Of a stretch of DNA of 64,000 bases, positions 39,590 through 51,098 are shown piece after piece (within the stretch, counting starts at the first letter, position 1; each line of letters opens with the position of its first letter). The DNA comes from Dictyostelium discoideum. Its lineage: Eukaryota. Below the pieces are notes generated by a model, which did no database searches, was not told the DNA's origin, and saw only the letters and a list, made by a program, of their open reading frames with translations. The DNA lies in NCBI GenBank assembly GCA_000004695.1, contig CM000151.3, positions 4,544,001 through 4,608,000 of the forward strand, given 5' to 3'. A program made the translations under genes and the position numbers.

Positions 39590-40764
39590 TTAAGACAATG
39601 AAAAAGAATTTTTAAAATCAGAATTTAAATCATCTGTATTATAAAATGTTAATGGTATTGTTTTAACCACTTCAATACTTTCATTTTTAAATGACTCTTT
39701 TTCTTTTTCTTTTTGTTCCTCTTCTTTTTTTTCTTCTTTTTTTTCTTCCTCTTTTTCTTTTTCTTCATGATCTTGGGCTTTGGATGTTAAATGAAAATGA
39801 TAATCTGGTGATGGAATTAAGTCAACATTATCATTACCACTTAAAAGTCTGATTAATTTGAGGAATGGTTTTTCAAGATTAAAATTTGTTCTAACCGATA
39901 GTTCAAAATATGAAATATTCTTTTTACGATGAAATATAATCTGACTTGGGTTAATTCTTTTACCCATTGATTCTACTTTATTACCAACTAAAACCATTGG
40001 AACCACCTTACCTGTTATTCTTAATAATTCATTAAACCAATCGTTAACGCTTCTATATGATTCTCTTGAACAAACATCAAACATTATAATTGCACATTCC
40101 GCTCCAGTCCTATTACAATAATATTAATTAATATTAATATTAATACAATAAATGTTATTTTTTTATATTTATAGTGAATGGAGAGTGTGAGAGTGAGAGA
40201 GAGAGAGAGTGAGTGAGGTATACTTACATATAATCATCTCTCATAGCTCCAGGTAATCTAGTAAAAGCCATATCCCAAATACTGAAATTAACATCACCAA
40301 TAGTTGTTTTAAAATTAAATTTATGAACACTACAACCAAAAGTTGCTAAATAAAAATAAATAAAAATAAAAATATTGGTTATTATTATTTTGGACTGATA
40401 GTTTAATTTAAATTAAAGAGAATAATAAACCTACCAACATATTGAGTTTCAAATTCACCTGTTAAAAGTCTATTTATATAGGTGGACTAATAATAATATG
40501 ATATTAGTATATTTAAATATATTTGAAAAAGTTTATATATATAAAACCTACTTTACCAACTCCACCATCTCCAATTAATACTAATTTAATTTCTTTAGTA
40601 TTGTCAAATTTTTTAACTACTGGTAATGATGGTTTATTTTTTGATGATGATAATCCCAATGAAAATTGCGCACTTGATGGCGATGCTGCTGTTGTTGTTT
40701 TTGGTGTTCCAAAATCAAATGGTGGTGCTGTTGGTGGTGGTCCAAATTCAAATAGTGATGCTGT

Positions 40765-40861
<97 letters not shown>

Positions 40862-42068
40862 CCCAATCCAAACGGTGAACTTAATGGTGATGGTGCTGTT
40901 GGTGAACCCGATCCAAATGATGGCGTACTTGGTGGTACCAATCCAAATAATTCTTGTTCTATTTTTGTAATTTGTCCATATCTAAATGGTGGTGCTGTTG
41001 ATGGTGATGCTGTTGTTGTTGTTGTTGCTACTGTGTTTGATGATCCCGATTCAAATGATGGTGCTGTTGGTGATCCCGATCCAAATGATGGCGTACTTGG
41101 TGGTACCAATCCAAATAATTCCTGTTCTATTTTTGTAATTGGTCTATATCTAACTGGTGGTGCTGTTGGTGTTGATGCTGTTGTTGATGCTGTTGTTGTT
41201 GTTGTTGTTGTTGCTACTGTGTTTGATGATCCACCAAATCCCGATCCAAATGATGGTGCTGTTGGTGATCCCGATCCAAATGATGGCGTACTTGGTGGTC
41301 CAAATCTAAATAATTCTTCTTCTATTTTTGTAATTGATCCATATCCAAATGGTGATGCTGTTGATGTTGATGCTGTTGTTGTTGTCGTTGTTGCTGCTAC
41401 TGTGTTTGATGATCCACCAAATCCTAATGAAAATGCATCTCCTGATGGTAAAAGTGGAAGAGGTGAAACAAAACGAACGTTATCATTACCACTTAATATT
41501 TTGATTAATTGAATGAATGGTGTTTCAAATTTATAATTTGATTTACTTGAAATTTCACAATAGTGAATATTCTTACTACGATGAAAATTAATTTCCTTTG
41601 CTTTAACTTTACGATCTTTGATATCAACTTTATTACCAACTAAAATAATTGGTATATTATTACCTAATTCCTTTGTTAATTCATTAAACCAACTTGGTAC
41701 ATTCCTATATGAAACTCTTGAAGAAACATCAAACATAATAATTGCACATTGACTTCCAACACTATTATAATATATATATAATTAAATATTTTAATATATA
41801 TATATATATATATATACTTTTAATTATGAATTTTTTAAAATAAACTTACTAATATAAATGTCTAAATACTTCAAATTTTTCATCACCACAAGTATCCCAA
41901 ATATCAAAATTAACATTGCCGATATTAGTGTAAAGAATTAGATTACTTAGTTCTACTCCAACCGTAGCTATATTTTTATTTTATTTTTTTTATGTTTTTA
42001 TAATTAATAAAAATAAAAAAAAAGTTAACTATTTTCATAATAATAGTAATAATAATAATAATAATAAC

Positions 42069-42127
<59 letters not shown>

Positions 42128-42673
42128 TGATTTTAATGATACTTACGAATATGGCTTTTTTGAAATTCGCCTATTATATGACGTTTTAAAAATGTAGTCT
42201 AATTAATTCATGATAATAATAATAATAATTAATAATTAATAATTAAAAATGTAAAAATAATAATAAACAATTACTTTACCTTACCAACACCACTATCACC
42301 AACTAATATTAATTTGATGGGTCCATTTTTCTGTGTATTTTTTATGTTTTATGTGTATGTTAGTATATATATTTTTTTTTTTTTTATATTTAATGAAATA
42401 AATAATTTATTTTTAAAAATATATATATATATATATATATATAATTTACAATATCAATTGGTTTAATATTTTGATAAGCTTTTTGTTCAATTGGACTATG
42501 ATCTTCATCCTCAATTGGTATTTGTTCTCCTATTGCTTTTTCATAAGATGAAAGTAGCTCCGAATCAATATCACTAATATTAAATGTTGACTAAAAGTAA
42601 GAGAGTATTTTTAAAAAAAAAAAAAAAAAATTAATAAAAAATATTAATAAAAAATATTTTAAAATGGTAATAT

Positions 42674-42716
<43 letters not shown>

Positions 42717-42725
42717 TGTTACCAT
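39590..42725 (-). CDS. tandem Ran-like small GTPase: Ran-like domain 1 + FG/S/T-rich repeat linker + degenerate Ran-like domain 2 (about 9 exons: ~42725-42723, 42590-42450, 42330-42280, 42198-42147, 41967-41850, 41761-40552, 40487-40436, 40346-40228, 40109-39590)
   Basis: Domain 1 is spread over 5 small exons (KLILVGDSGVGK|TTFLKRHIIGEFQKSHI|PTVGVE...NFDIWDTCGDEKF...HLYY|VGSQCAIIMFDVSSR...NKVD...FHRSKNIHYCEISSKSNYKFETPF). ORF 40513-41736 continues without a stop through ~300 aa of repeats (PSTPSFGSGSPTAPSFGSGFGGSSNTVATTTTT) into a second G1 motif KLVLIGDGGVGK. Three more small exons follow, then ORF 39590-40084 (MFDVCSRESYRSVNDW...NKVE...). All donors are GTAGGT/GTAAGT/GTAAAT/GTAAAG. No Met or stop lies between domain 1 and domain 2. 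The first exon may be ATG only (aaaATG|GTAACA at ~42723). Confidence 0.55.
42047..42125. repeat. (ATA/AAT)n microsatellite inside intron of Ran-like gene
   Basis: ~26 trinucleotide units between exons ~42198-42147 and 41967-41850. Confidence 0.85.
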
Positions 42726-42738
42726 TTTAAAATATTAT
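42651..42738. repeat. inverted repeat (~18-bp arms aatattttaaaatggtaa / ttaccattttaaaatatt) flanking a T40 spacer
   Basis: Arms are exact reverse complements. Each arm reads aaaATG|GTAA on its own strand. Confidence 0.8.
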
Positions 42739-43637
42739 AAAAATAATAATTAAAAAAAAAAAAAATTTATAAAAATTGTAACTTGGTGAATTTTTTAAAA
42801 TGGAAATAAGTTGGAAAAATTATGCATTACTTTGGCAAAAGCAGACTTTTAAGAGAAAAAAAGTTTTTATAAGTATTTGCACCATAAAAACTTTTTAGAT
42901 ATTTACGATGATGAAAAAAAAAATGAAAAAAATGAAAAAAATAATAAAAAAAATGAAAAATAGATGGAGTTGAAAACAAGAGTGAGGCGTTTTCTTGGTG
43001 TGTCTTGATCTTGACCCCTTCACCAAAGTTAAAACAAATTTAATTCAAAAAAAAATAAATTTAAATAAAAAAAATAAAAAAAATTTAAATAAAAAAAAAA
43101 AAAACTTTTAACCAAAGCAAAAATATAAATAAAAAAAATCATTTCACAAGAAATAAACACATAAACACACAAATAAAATGAATAAATATTTATTTTTTTA
43201 TTATTATTATTTTTATTTCTCATTATTTTGAGATTGTTTTCTTTTTAATTTTCCTAATTAGGATTTTTTTTTTTTTTTTTTTTTTTTTGGTGAGTTTTGA
43301 GATAATAATAAATTGAAAAATTGGTCTATCTTTGCCAATGAATTAAAGAAATGCAAAAAAGAAAAATAAAATAAAATAAAATAATAAATGTAGGTGAAAC
43401 ATTCTATTAATGATGCTTCGCATTTGTCACCTTTCATGTATAGAATTTCTTTTGTGGAGATAGATGTTGTTCCAAATTTATATTGACCTCATTGAATTTG
43501 CATCTGTACCCAAATGGATATTTGAACCAAATTTGTTTTCTGATCTGAGACAAGATAAACTATCTATCAATATAGATTGCAATACGAGTGAGTTTACGAA
43601 CACAAGTGGATTGATTGTTAACTTTATTACTTTCAGT

Positions 43638-43640
<3 letters not shown>

Positions 43641-43706
<66 letters not shown>

Positions 43707-43720
43707 ATTATTATTATTAT
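43641..43720. repeat. (TTA)n microsatellite
   Basis: ~26 units, embedded in a moderately GC segment of unclear origin. Confidence 0.85.
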
Positions 43721-44496
43721 CAATGATTTAATTGATGACAATCCGTTGAAGAAGGGAACCATTCCAATCAATCAGTGTTTCATTTACTGTAACAAATGTA
43801 TTTTTTGTAATTCCCAACTTTTATTAAAAAAAAAAAAATATTATTAATTATTATTAAAATAAAATTAAAAAAAAAATTTTAACTAAGTAAAAAAAAAGTA
43901 AAATTTTAACATTATTATTAAAGTAAAAAAAAAAAAAAAAATTAGCCAAGATTTGTCACAATAATTTTTGGCCTTTATAACGTCAAAGATGATAAAAATG
44001 ATTTAAATCTATTTTTAATATGAATTCATAGTATAGTTAAATAGAGCACAAAAACAAAAAAAAAAAAAAAAAAAGTGTTGACCATTTTGTTTTTTGAAAT
44101 TTTTTAACAAATTTGTATTTTTCTTTTTTTTTTTTTTAAATTGATCTTCCAATAGGATATTTCCAAAAAAAAAAAATAAAAAAATAAATAAAAATAATAT
44201 AAAATATAAAAAAAAAATATCCTGTAAAATTAAAGATTATTATTAGAATTGTTTTAAAATAACCCAATATTGGGTTAATTGATGAAAAAAAATAAAAAAA
44301 AAATATCAATCAAAAAAAAAAAAAATAAAAATAAAAATATCTGGTTGAGGTACGAAAAAGTAACCGCAAATTTTTAAACAATAAATGGCCTCAAAATTTT
44401 TAAAAAATAAAAAATTCTTTTTTTCTTTTAAAAGACCATCATAATATAATCCAATATTTCTTTTTTTTTGAAATACAGAAAGTTTGTCACACAAAA

Positions 44497-46931
44497 ATGA
44501 CATTAAACCAAATAATTTTATCATTGATTTTGGGTTTGAGTTTAATGACTACAATCATTAAATCAGTTCCAATGGACCCAACAATTTATATTGAAGGTAC
44601 AATTTTTGATCAATGGCCAGGTATGTTTTCAAAAAATAAAATAAAAATTTATATAATTATAATTTTTAATTTTTATTATTATTATTACTATTATTTTTAT
44701 TTTACTAAACTTTTATTTTTTACTACCTTTTTATTTATTTTTTTTTAAAAAAAAAGAATATAATTATAATTTTGAAAAAACCAACCCAGGAAGTAATGTT
44801 AAAACCCTTGGAATGGTAAAAGCAAAATTGAACTCAACAACAAAAGTTCCAGAACTTTCTTCAGATGATACTAAAACTTCACCAAATACATTAGGTACTA
44901 TGCAATATCCAGAGTTATTTAAATATCACTTTACATCAAATGTTGATGCACCAGCATCCAAAAACTCTGGTAAAAATTTACCAATGAAAATACAATTCAA
45001 ATTAGATCAAGACAATAGTGGTTTTTATACTTTTTTCAATCAAACTTTTTTCCCAAGTAAGTAGTGTAAATTATTTAATTAACGAGAGAAAAAAAAAATA
45101 AATAAAATATTAATAATATCTTTTTAATTAGTTGATAACATGGGCTACGATGTAGATCCATCATTTAGAATTTATAAACAAAGTGGTAACTATCATAATT
45201 TCCATTTTTGTGTAAAGGTATGTGTTGAATAAATTTAATTAGTTTTTTAACTTTTTATATAATTTTAAAACTAATTTTAATTATTTTATTTTATTTTAAA
45301 AATTAGATGAATAGTCGTTTTACTTATAATGGAGGTGAAGTTTTTAATTTTAAAGGTGATGATGATTTATGGGTATATATTGATGATAAATTAGTAGTTG
45401 ACGTAGGTGGTATTCATCCAGCACAAGATGGATCTGTTAATCTTGATACATTAGGTTTAATTAAAAATAAAGTTTACCCATTAGATTTATTCTATTGTGA
45501 AAGACATACTGATGGTTCAACTATTAGTATTCAAACTACTATTCAAGCTTATTGTGCCTGTAAGTTTAATTTATATTTAGTACCAAATTAAAATAATATT
45601 TTAATATTTATTATTTCTTTTTTTTTTTTTTTTTAGGGTATGATTATTGTGGTGTATGTGGTGGTACAGGTGCAGTTTGTTGTAATGCTAAAGCTAATTG
45701 TGATGATGGTGATTTATGTACAATTGATAGTTGCCCACAACCAAATTTAGCATTCCCAGATCTTCAATCAGTTTATAAGAATTGTTCTCATATTCCAAAA
45801 GATTGTCCACCAGCAAATAAATGTCAAGTAAATTCATGTGATAAAACTACAGGAAATTGTAAACCAGAAAATTTAAAGTGCCCAGACAGATCAAATGAGT
45901 GTCTTAAAAATACAGGTTGTGATGATTTAACCGGTTGTAAATATGTTAGTATATGCACAGATTCATGCGATAAAAAAGGTAATGCTTGTGTTGCAGGTAA
46001 ATGTCAACAAAAAACAACTAGCGATTGTGCTGCTGAGTTAGATGATAATTCATGTAAAGTATATTCTTGTAATTCAACTCGTGGTGGTTGTTACTCTGAA
46101 AACAAATGTAAACCAGATCCAACTCAAATTTGTGATGTTGCAAGTTGTGATGATGGTGCTTGTAGTATCAAAACTTTACCACCTGATGAATGTAATTGTG
46201 GTTGTAAACCAAACTTTTGCCAAAAGAGTAATTGTGTTAAAAACCCATCAAATAATCAATTCGAATGTTCTCTTTTACCAGCAGATGGTATTGATGATGG
46301 TAATGCTTGCACTGAAGATATTTGTGATGCAGTGGCCCAAAAAATAACTCATGTACCATATGATACTTGTAAAGGCTGTATGTCATGTAATCCATCAAAT
46401 GGTGATTGTGAAGCTCATAACGAGGTTTGTAATGATTTTAATGCATGTACTGAAAATGTCTGTTCTCCAGTTAAAGTTGGTGCAGGTGTTGGTGAATGTG
46501 TAACTACCAATACAACATGTGCACCAACCACAAACGTTGATAAATGTAAAAACTACCTTTGCGATTCTGAAAAAGGTTGTTATGAAACCGATGTAGTTTG
46601 TCCAGATAGTGGAAATTGTAAAGTTGGTCATTGTGATTCCAAGGTAGGTTGCTCTTTGAAGCCACGTGTCTGTAAATCACCAGCTTTTTGCATCGTAGCA
46701 GAATGTGATGAAACTGTTGGTTGCATTGCATTTGAGAGACGTTGTGCATCAAGTAATCCAAAATGTAAAGCAGGTATTTGTGTAAATGGTACAACACCAG
46801 AAGAAGGTGAATGTGAATCTGTAAATTATGATCCAAAACCATTTATTTGTCAAACTGGTGCTATAGTTTCTACTGCTGTAATTGCTGGTGTAACTGTTGC
46901 TGGTGCTGTTGCTCTTGGTATTTTCATTGTA

Positions 46932-46974
<43 letters not shown>

Positions 46975-47176
46975 TTATTATTTTAATTCCAATTCTAATT
47001 CTAATTTTTTTATTTATTAATCATTTTAAAATAATTAGTATGGTGGTAAACGTGGTTATGATTATTGGAAAGAAAGTAGAAGCATTTCTATGAGTTCTGC
47101 TGTTTCAAGTCCAATGTATGTTCCTTCTGCAAATGCTTCTGAAAATCCACTTTATATTCCAGAAGGAGAATTATAA
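44497..47176 (+). CDS. PA14-domain, Cys-rich-repeat type I membrane protein (Dictyostelium psi/PA14 family-like) (exons 44497-44620, 44757-45056, 45132-45217, 45307-45559, 45637-46928, 47039-47176)
   Basis: Signal peptide [25 protein letters not shown]14 block [25 protein letters not shown]...[10 protein letters not shown]. About 1.3 kb of CxxC-type Cys-rich repeats. TM segment [23 protein letters not shown]. Short cytoplasmic tail ...[10 protein letters not shown]. Donors GTATGT/GTAAGT; all phases verified. Confidence 0.7.
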
Positions 47177-47667
47177 ATTAAAAATAAATAAAAAATTGTA
47201 CTATATTAAATGATTTACCAAAATAGAACTCAAATACTCAAACATGGTTATTTGTAACAAAATAATAAAAAAAAAAAAAATTAAAATAAATAAAATAAAA
47301 TTAAATTAAATAAAATTTTTAAATAAAAAAACTAATATTAAAAAATAAAAAAATTATTTGTTCAAAAAAAAATGTTTTGTTGACTTAATTTCATCACCAG
47401 ATTCTCAATTTAATTAACATCATCATCTTTATTCAAAGCCCAAGGTCATGAAGAAAAAATGAAAAGAAAAAAATGAAGAAAAAAAAAAAAGAAAAAAAAA
47501 AAGAATATTTAAAAAAAAATGAAAATATTTCCATGATTAATACAATACCATTAACATTTTATAATCTAGATGATTTAAAATCAGATTTTAAAAATTCTTT
47601 TTCCTTGTTGTCATAACAAATTAATAATTTTTATAGAAAAGATAATAATAAATAATAAATAATAATA

Positions 47668-47709
<42 letters not shown>

Positions 47710-47974
47710 AAATTAATAGTAATTATAAAATAAAAAATAAATAACATTTAATCTAATTTCAAATACTCATTTTCTAACAAGGAATCTGTGATTTTTATAA
47801 TAGTAAAAAATTAAAATATAATACACAACTGTATATCAACATACACCCTCCCCCTCATATCTCATACGATTATTGAGAATAAGTTGAAATGTATGTAAAT
47901 TTATATATAAATAAATATATATATTTTCAAAATGATATTTTTATTATTTTATTTTGTTTTTTAAAAAATAAAAT

Positions 47975-49440
47975 GCAAATGGAGTTTGACAATAAAAGTA
48001 AAAGCAAATATCAAAATGATGTTGCCATTATTGGGTTGGGTTTTAGGTTAACTGGTAACTCAAACTCACCCAAATTATTTTGGTTTGTATTTTACTTTTA
48101 AAAAAACCACACACATATATAAAATATAAAATAATATTAATAATTTGATAATATTATAATCATAGGAATAATTTAATTAATAAATTTGATGGCGTTGTTG
48201 AAATTGATAGATGGAGTAAAAACTATTATTTAAATAATGAAATTAAAAATCATCAAGGTGGTTTAATATCATTAGAAGAACAAATAAAAATGTTTGATCC
48301 ACTTTTCTTTTCAATTCCACCATCTGATGCTGAAACAATTGATCCACAACAAAGACTACTTTTAAAATGTATTTATAATAATTATATATACTTAATGATT
48401 TTTATATAATATATATATATATATATATTAATTATTTTATAATATGATAGGTGTTTGGGAAGGATTTGAAGATGCAAATATTGATCCAATTAAATTACGT
48501 GGTAGTAATACAAGCGTTTACATTGGTTTGTTTATCCACAAATGATTATTTTAATAATTTAAAAAATACAAAGGAAACCTTAACTAATGTATTTGGATCA
48601 TCAGCACACAGTGAATCAAATAGAATTAGTTATTGTTATGATTTTAGAGGTCAATCAATTCACGCCAAAGAGCTTTTTTGAAAAGAAGAATAAAAAACAT
48701 TAAAAACCAAAAAAACTTGAAAAGCATAAAAACTTTAGGTTGTATTTATCTTCATCAACTATCATTAAAATATAATTGGAAATTAAAGAATTTTATAATT
48801 CCATCATCTATATCATCTCTATTTGGTGTTCAAAATCAATGTGGTTATGTTAGTGCTAATTGTATTAGATAGTTTTGCAAAGTATAGAAGATCAATTGGT
48901 TTACCTGCTTTGGCTATTAATTTTGGTCATATTGGAAGTATTGGTGTAGTTACTCGAAATGATGCAATCAGTGAATTATTGCATGGCTTTGGTTTGCAAT
49001 CTATGAATGGTAATATTTTGTTAGGTTCATCAGATTTATTTAGTCAAAATAAAGAAATAATTGATAATGATTATAGTAATATTATTGTAAGCAGTTTAAA
49101 TTTTGAAAATTTAAAATTCAGTCATTTGTTTACAAATAAATCTGCTTTTAAACTTAATTCAATATCAAATAATAATAATATCTATGGTAATAACAATAAT
49201 AATAATAATAGTAAGGATATATATCTCAATTGGTAATTTCAAAAATTGACTATTTATTATCAATTAATTAATAAAATATTAATTCAAATATACCATTATC
49301 AGAATTTGGCGGAGATAGTTCAATAATTACTCAAATTAAAAATTGGTTAGATAAATTTAAAAATAACCACTTTACAATATCTGAAATTCAAAAATATTCA
49401 ATTAATGATATAATTAAAAAATTAATAATTAACAAATAAG
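47975..49440 (+). pseudogene. polyketide synthase remnant: KS N-terminal fragment fused to KR C-terminal region and ACP, with frameshift(s) and a large internal deletion
   Basis: KS start MQMEFDNKSKSKYQNDVAIIGLGFRLTGNSNSPKLFW; then (GTTTGT...AG intron) [21 protein letters not shown]...[43 protein letters not shown] frame slip follows, then [48 protein letters not shown]. Next come KR C-terminal/linker YRRSIGLPALAINFGHIGSIGVVTRNDAISELLHGFGLQSMNGNILLGSSDLF and an ACP-like EFGGDSSIITQIKNWLDKF...*. AT, DH and most of KS/KR are missing. Confidence 0.6.
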
Positions 49441-49608
49441 ATAAATATATAATTATGTCTTATAATTTTATTTAATGTTTACTATTTGATTAATTTTTAA
49501 AACATGTTTCAAAAAAAATTAAAAAAAAACAAAAAAAAAAAATATAATAATAAAAATAATAAGAAAAATAAAAATGATAATATATTTATAAAAGGTTTTG
49601 AATGCTGT

Positions 49609-51098
49609 TTATTCTGAAATGTTTTTAGTTCCTCTTAAACGACCAGTACGACGGGCAGCAATTAAACCAACTTTCTTACCAGCTGGATCGTCTCTCTTGG
49701 TTGTAGTGGCATGACCAACATGTTGATGATTACCACCACCGTGTGGATGTTCTACTGGATTCATAGCAACACCTCTAACCTTTGGCCAGTTATTCTTCTT
49801 AACTCTGTATTTGTGGAAAGCACGACCAGCTTTGAGCATTGGTTTATCGATACGACCACCACCGGCAACAATACCGATCATAGCACGAGCTAATGAAGAA
49901 ACGTTCTTCTTTGAACCTGATGGTAATTTGATACGGGTAACACCTTCATCTGGGTTGTGTGAGACGATGGTAGCATAGTTACCTGAACAACGAGCAACAG
50001 CACCACAATCACCGAGTTTTTCTTCAACGTTGCAAATGATGGTACCTTCTGGGAGTTTACCAATTGGGAGGATGTTACCAATGGTGAGGGTGGCTTTTTT
50101 ACCAGCGAAAACAAATTGACCAGTGTGCATACCTTCTGGGGCGATGAATAATTGTTTGTCTAATTTGAATTGGGTTAAGCCTTTGAAAACAACACGGGCT
50201 AATGGAGCACCTCTACCTGGATCGTGGATGATCTCCTTGACAACACCTTTAACGTAACCTTGACGTTCGGCATAATCTAAGGCACGGAAACGTGGGGTAC
50301 CTTTACGGTGGTGAGTGTGTGCACCGAAAACTGAACCGGCTTTACCTTTTCTTTGAGCTAAATTTTTTAAAAAAAAAAAAAAAATAAAAAAATTGATATA
50401 GATTAATACCTTTTTTTTTCGTTTTTTTATTTTTTTTTTTGGGAAAACCAATGAGAAGTTTAATTTTTTTTTTTTTTTTGAAAATAAAATAAAATAAATG
50501 CTATAAATTGATTATTTTTTTTTTTATTATGTGTGATTCTAATAAATTTTAAAGATTATCCAATTTATGGTCATTTCTAAACTATCTTTCTTGATAAAAT
50601 AATCCCATTATGTATCAAAAAACTAGTTTATTATTAACCAAAAAATAAGATAACCTAACCCTGGTTTCAACTCTAATTTACTAATGAAATATTCCAATTT
50701 TTTTTTTTTATTTTTTTTTTTTATGGTTTTTTTTTTTTCGGTTTTTTATTTATTATTTTTTATTTTTTATTATTACTACTACTACATTATCTCTTAATCA
50801 TCAATAACTATTCCTGTATTCTAACTAGTTGAATGAAATCTTAAATATAAAAAAAAGGTATCCAAAAATATTTATTTAAAAGAAAATTGAAATTTTATTT
50901 TTTTTTGATTGTTTTTTTTTTTGTTTTGATTATTTAATTTTACTGATAATTATATTATTTTATTTATTTTTATTGGTAATTATTTTATTTTTATATTATT
51001 TATTTATTTATTTATTTTTTTAAAAAAAAAAAAAAAATAAAAGTTATCAAAGGTTAACAAAGAGATAAAAATTATTTACCTCTGATTATTCTACCCAT
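49609..51098 (-). CDS. rpl8: 60S ribosomal protein L8 (uL2) (exons 51098-51080, 50357-49609)
   Basis: ORF 49609-50451 is collinear with uL2 ([19 protein letters not shown]...[42 protein letters not shown]...). The first exon ATG GGT AGA ATA ATC AGA G (MGRIIR) sits at 51098-51080, followed by GTAAAT. The TTTAG acceptor at 50358 restores the frame (A QRKG...). Intron ~722 nt. Confidence 0.85.

Noticed and set aside
40523-41512. Plus-strand 329-aa ORF (poly-Asp, GDAVV repeats) and 114-aa poly-M ORF
   Set aside because: Antisense of the S/T/FG repeat linker of the minus-strand Ran-like gene; repeat-driven open frame.
42961-43030. GC-rich patch (gagtgaggcgttttcttggtgtgtcttgatcttgaccccttcacc) considered as a possible tRNA gene
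   Set aside because: No acceptor-stem/T-loop (GTTCRANYC) structure or CCA-compatible 3' end could be folded by eye. More likely a promoter or 5'-UTR element of the Ran-like gene.
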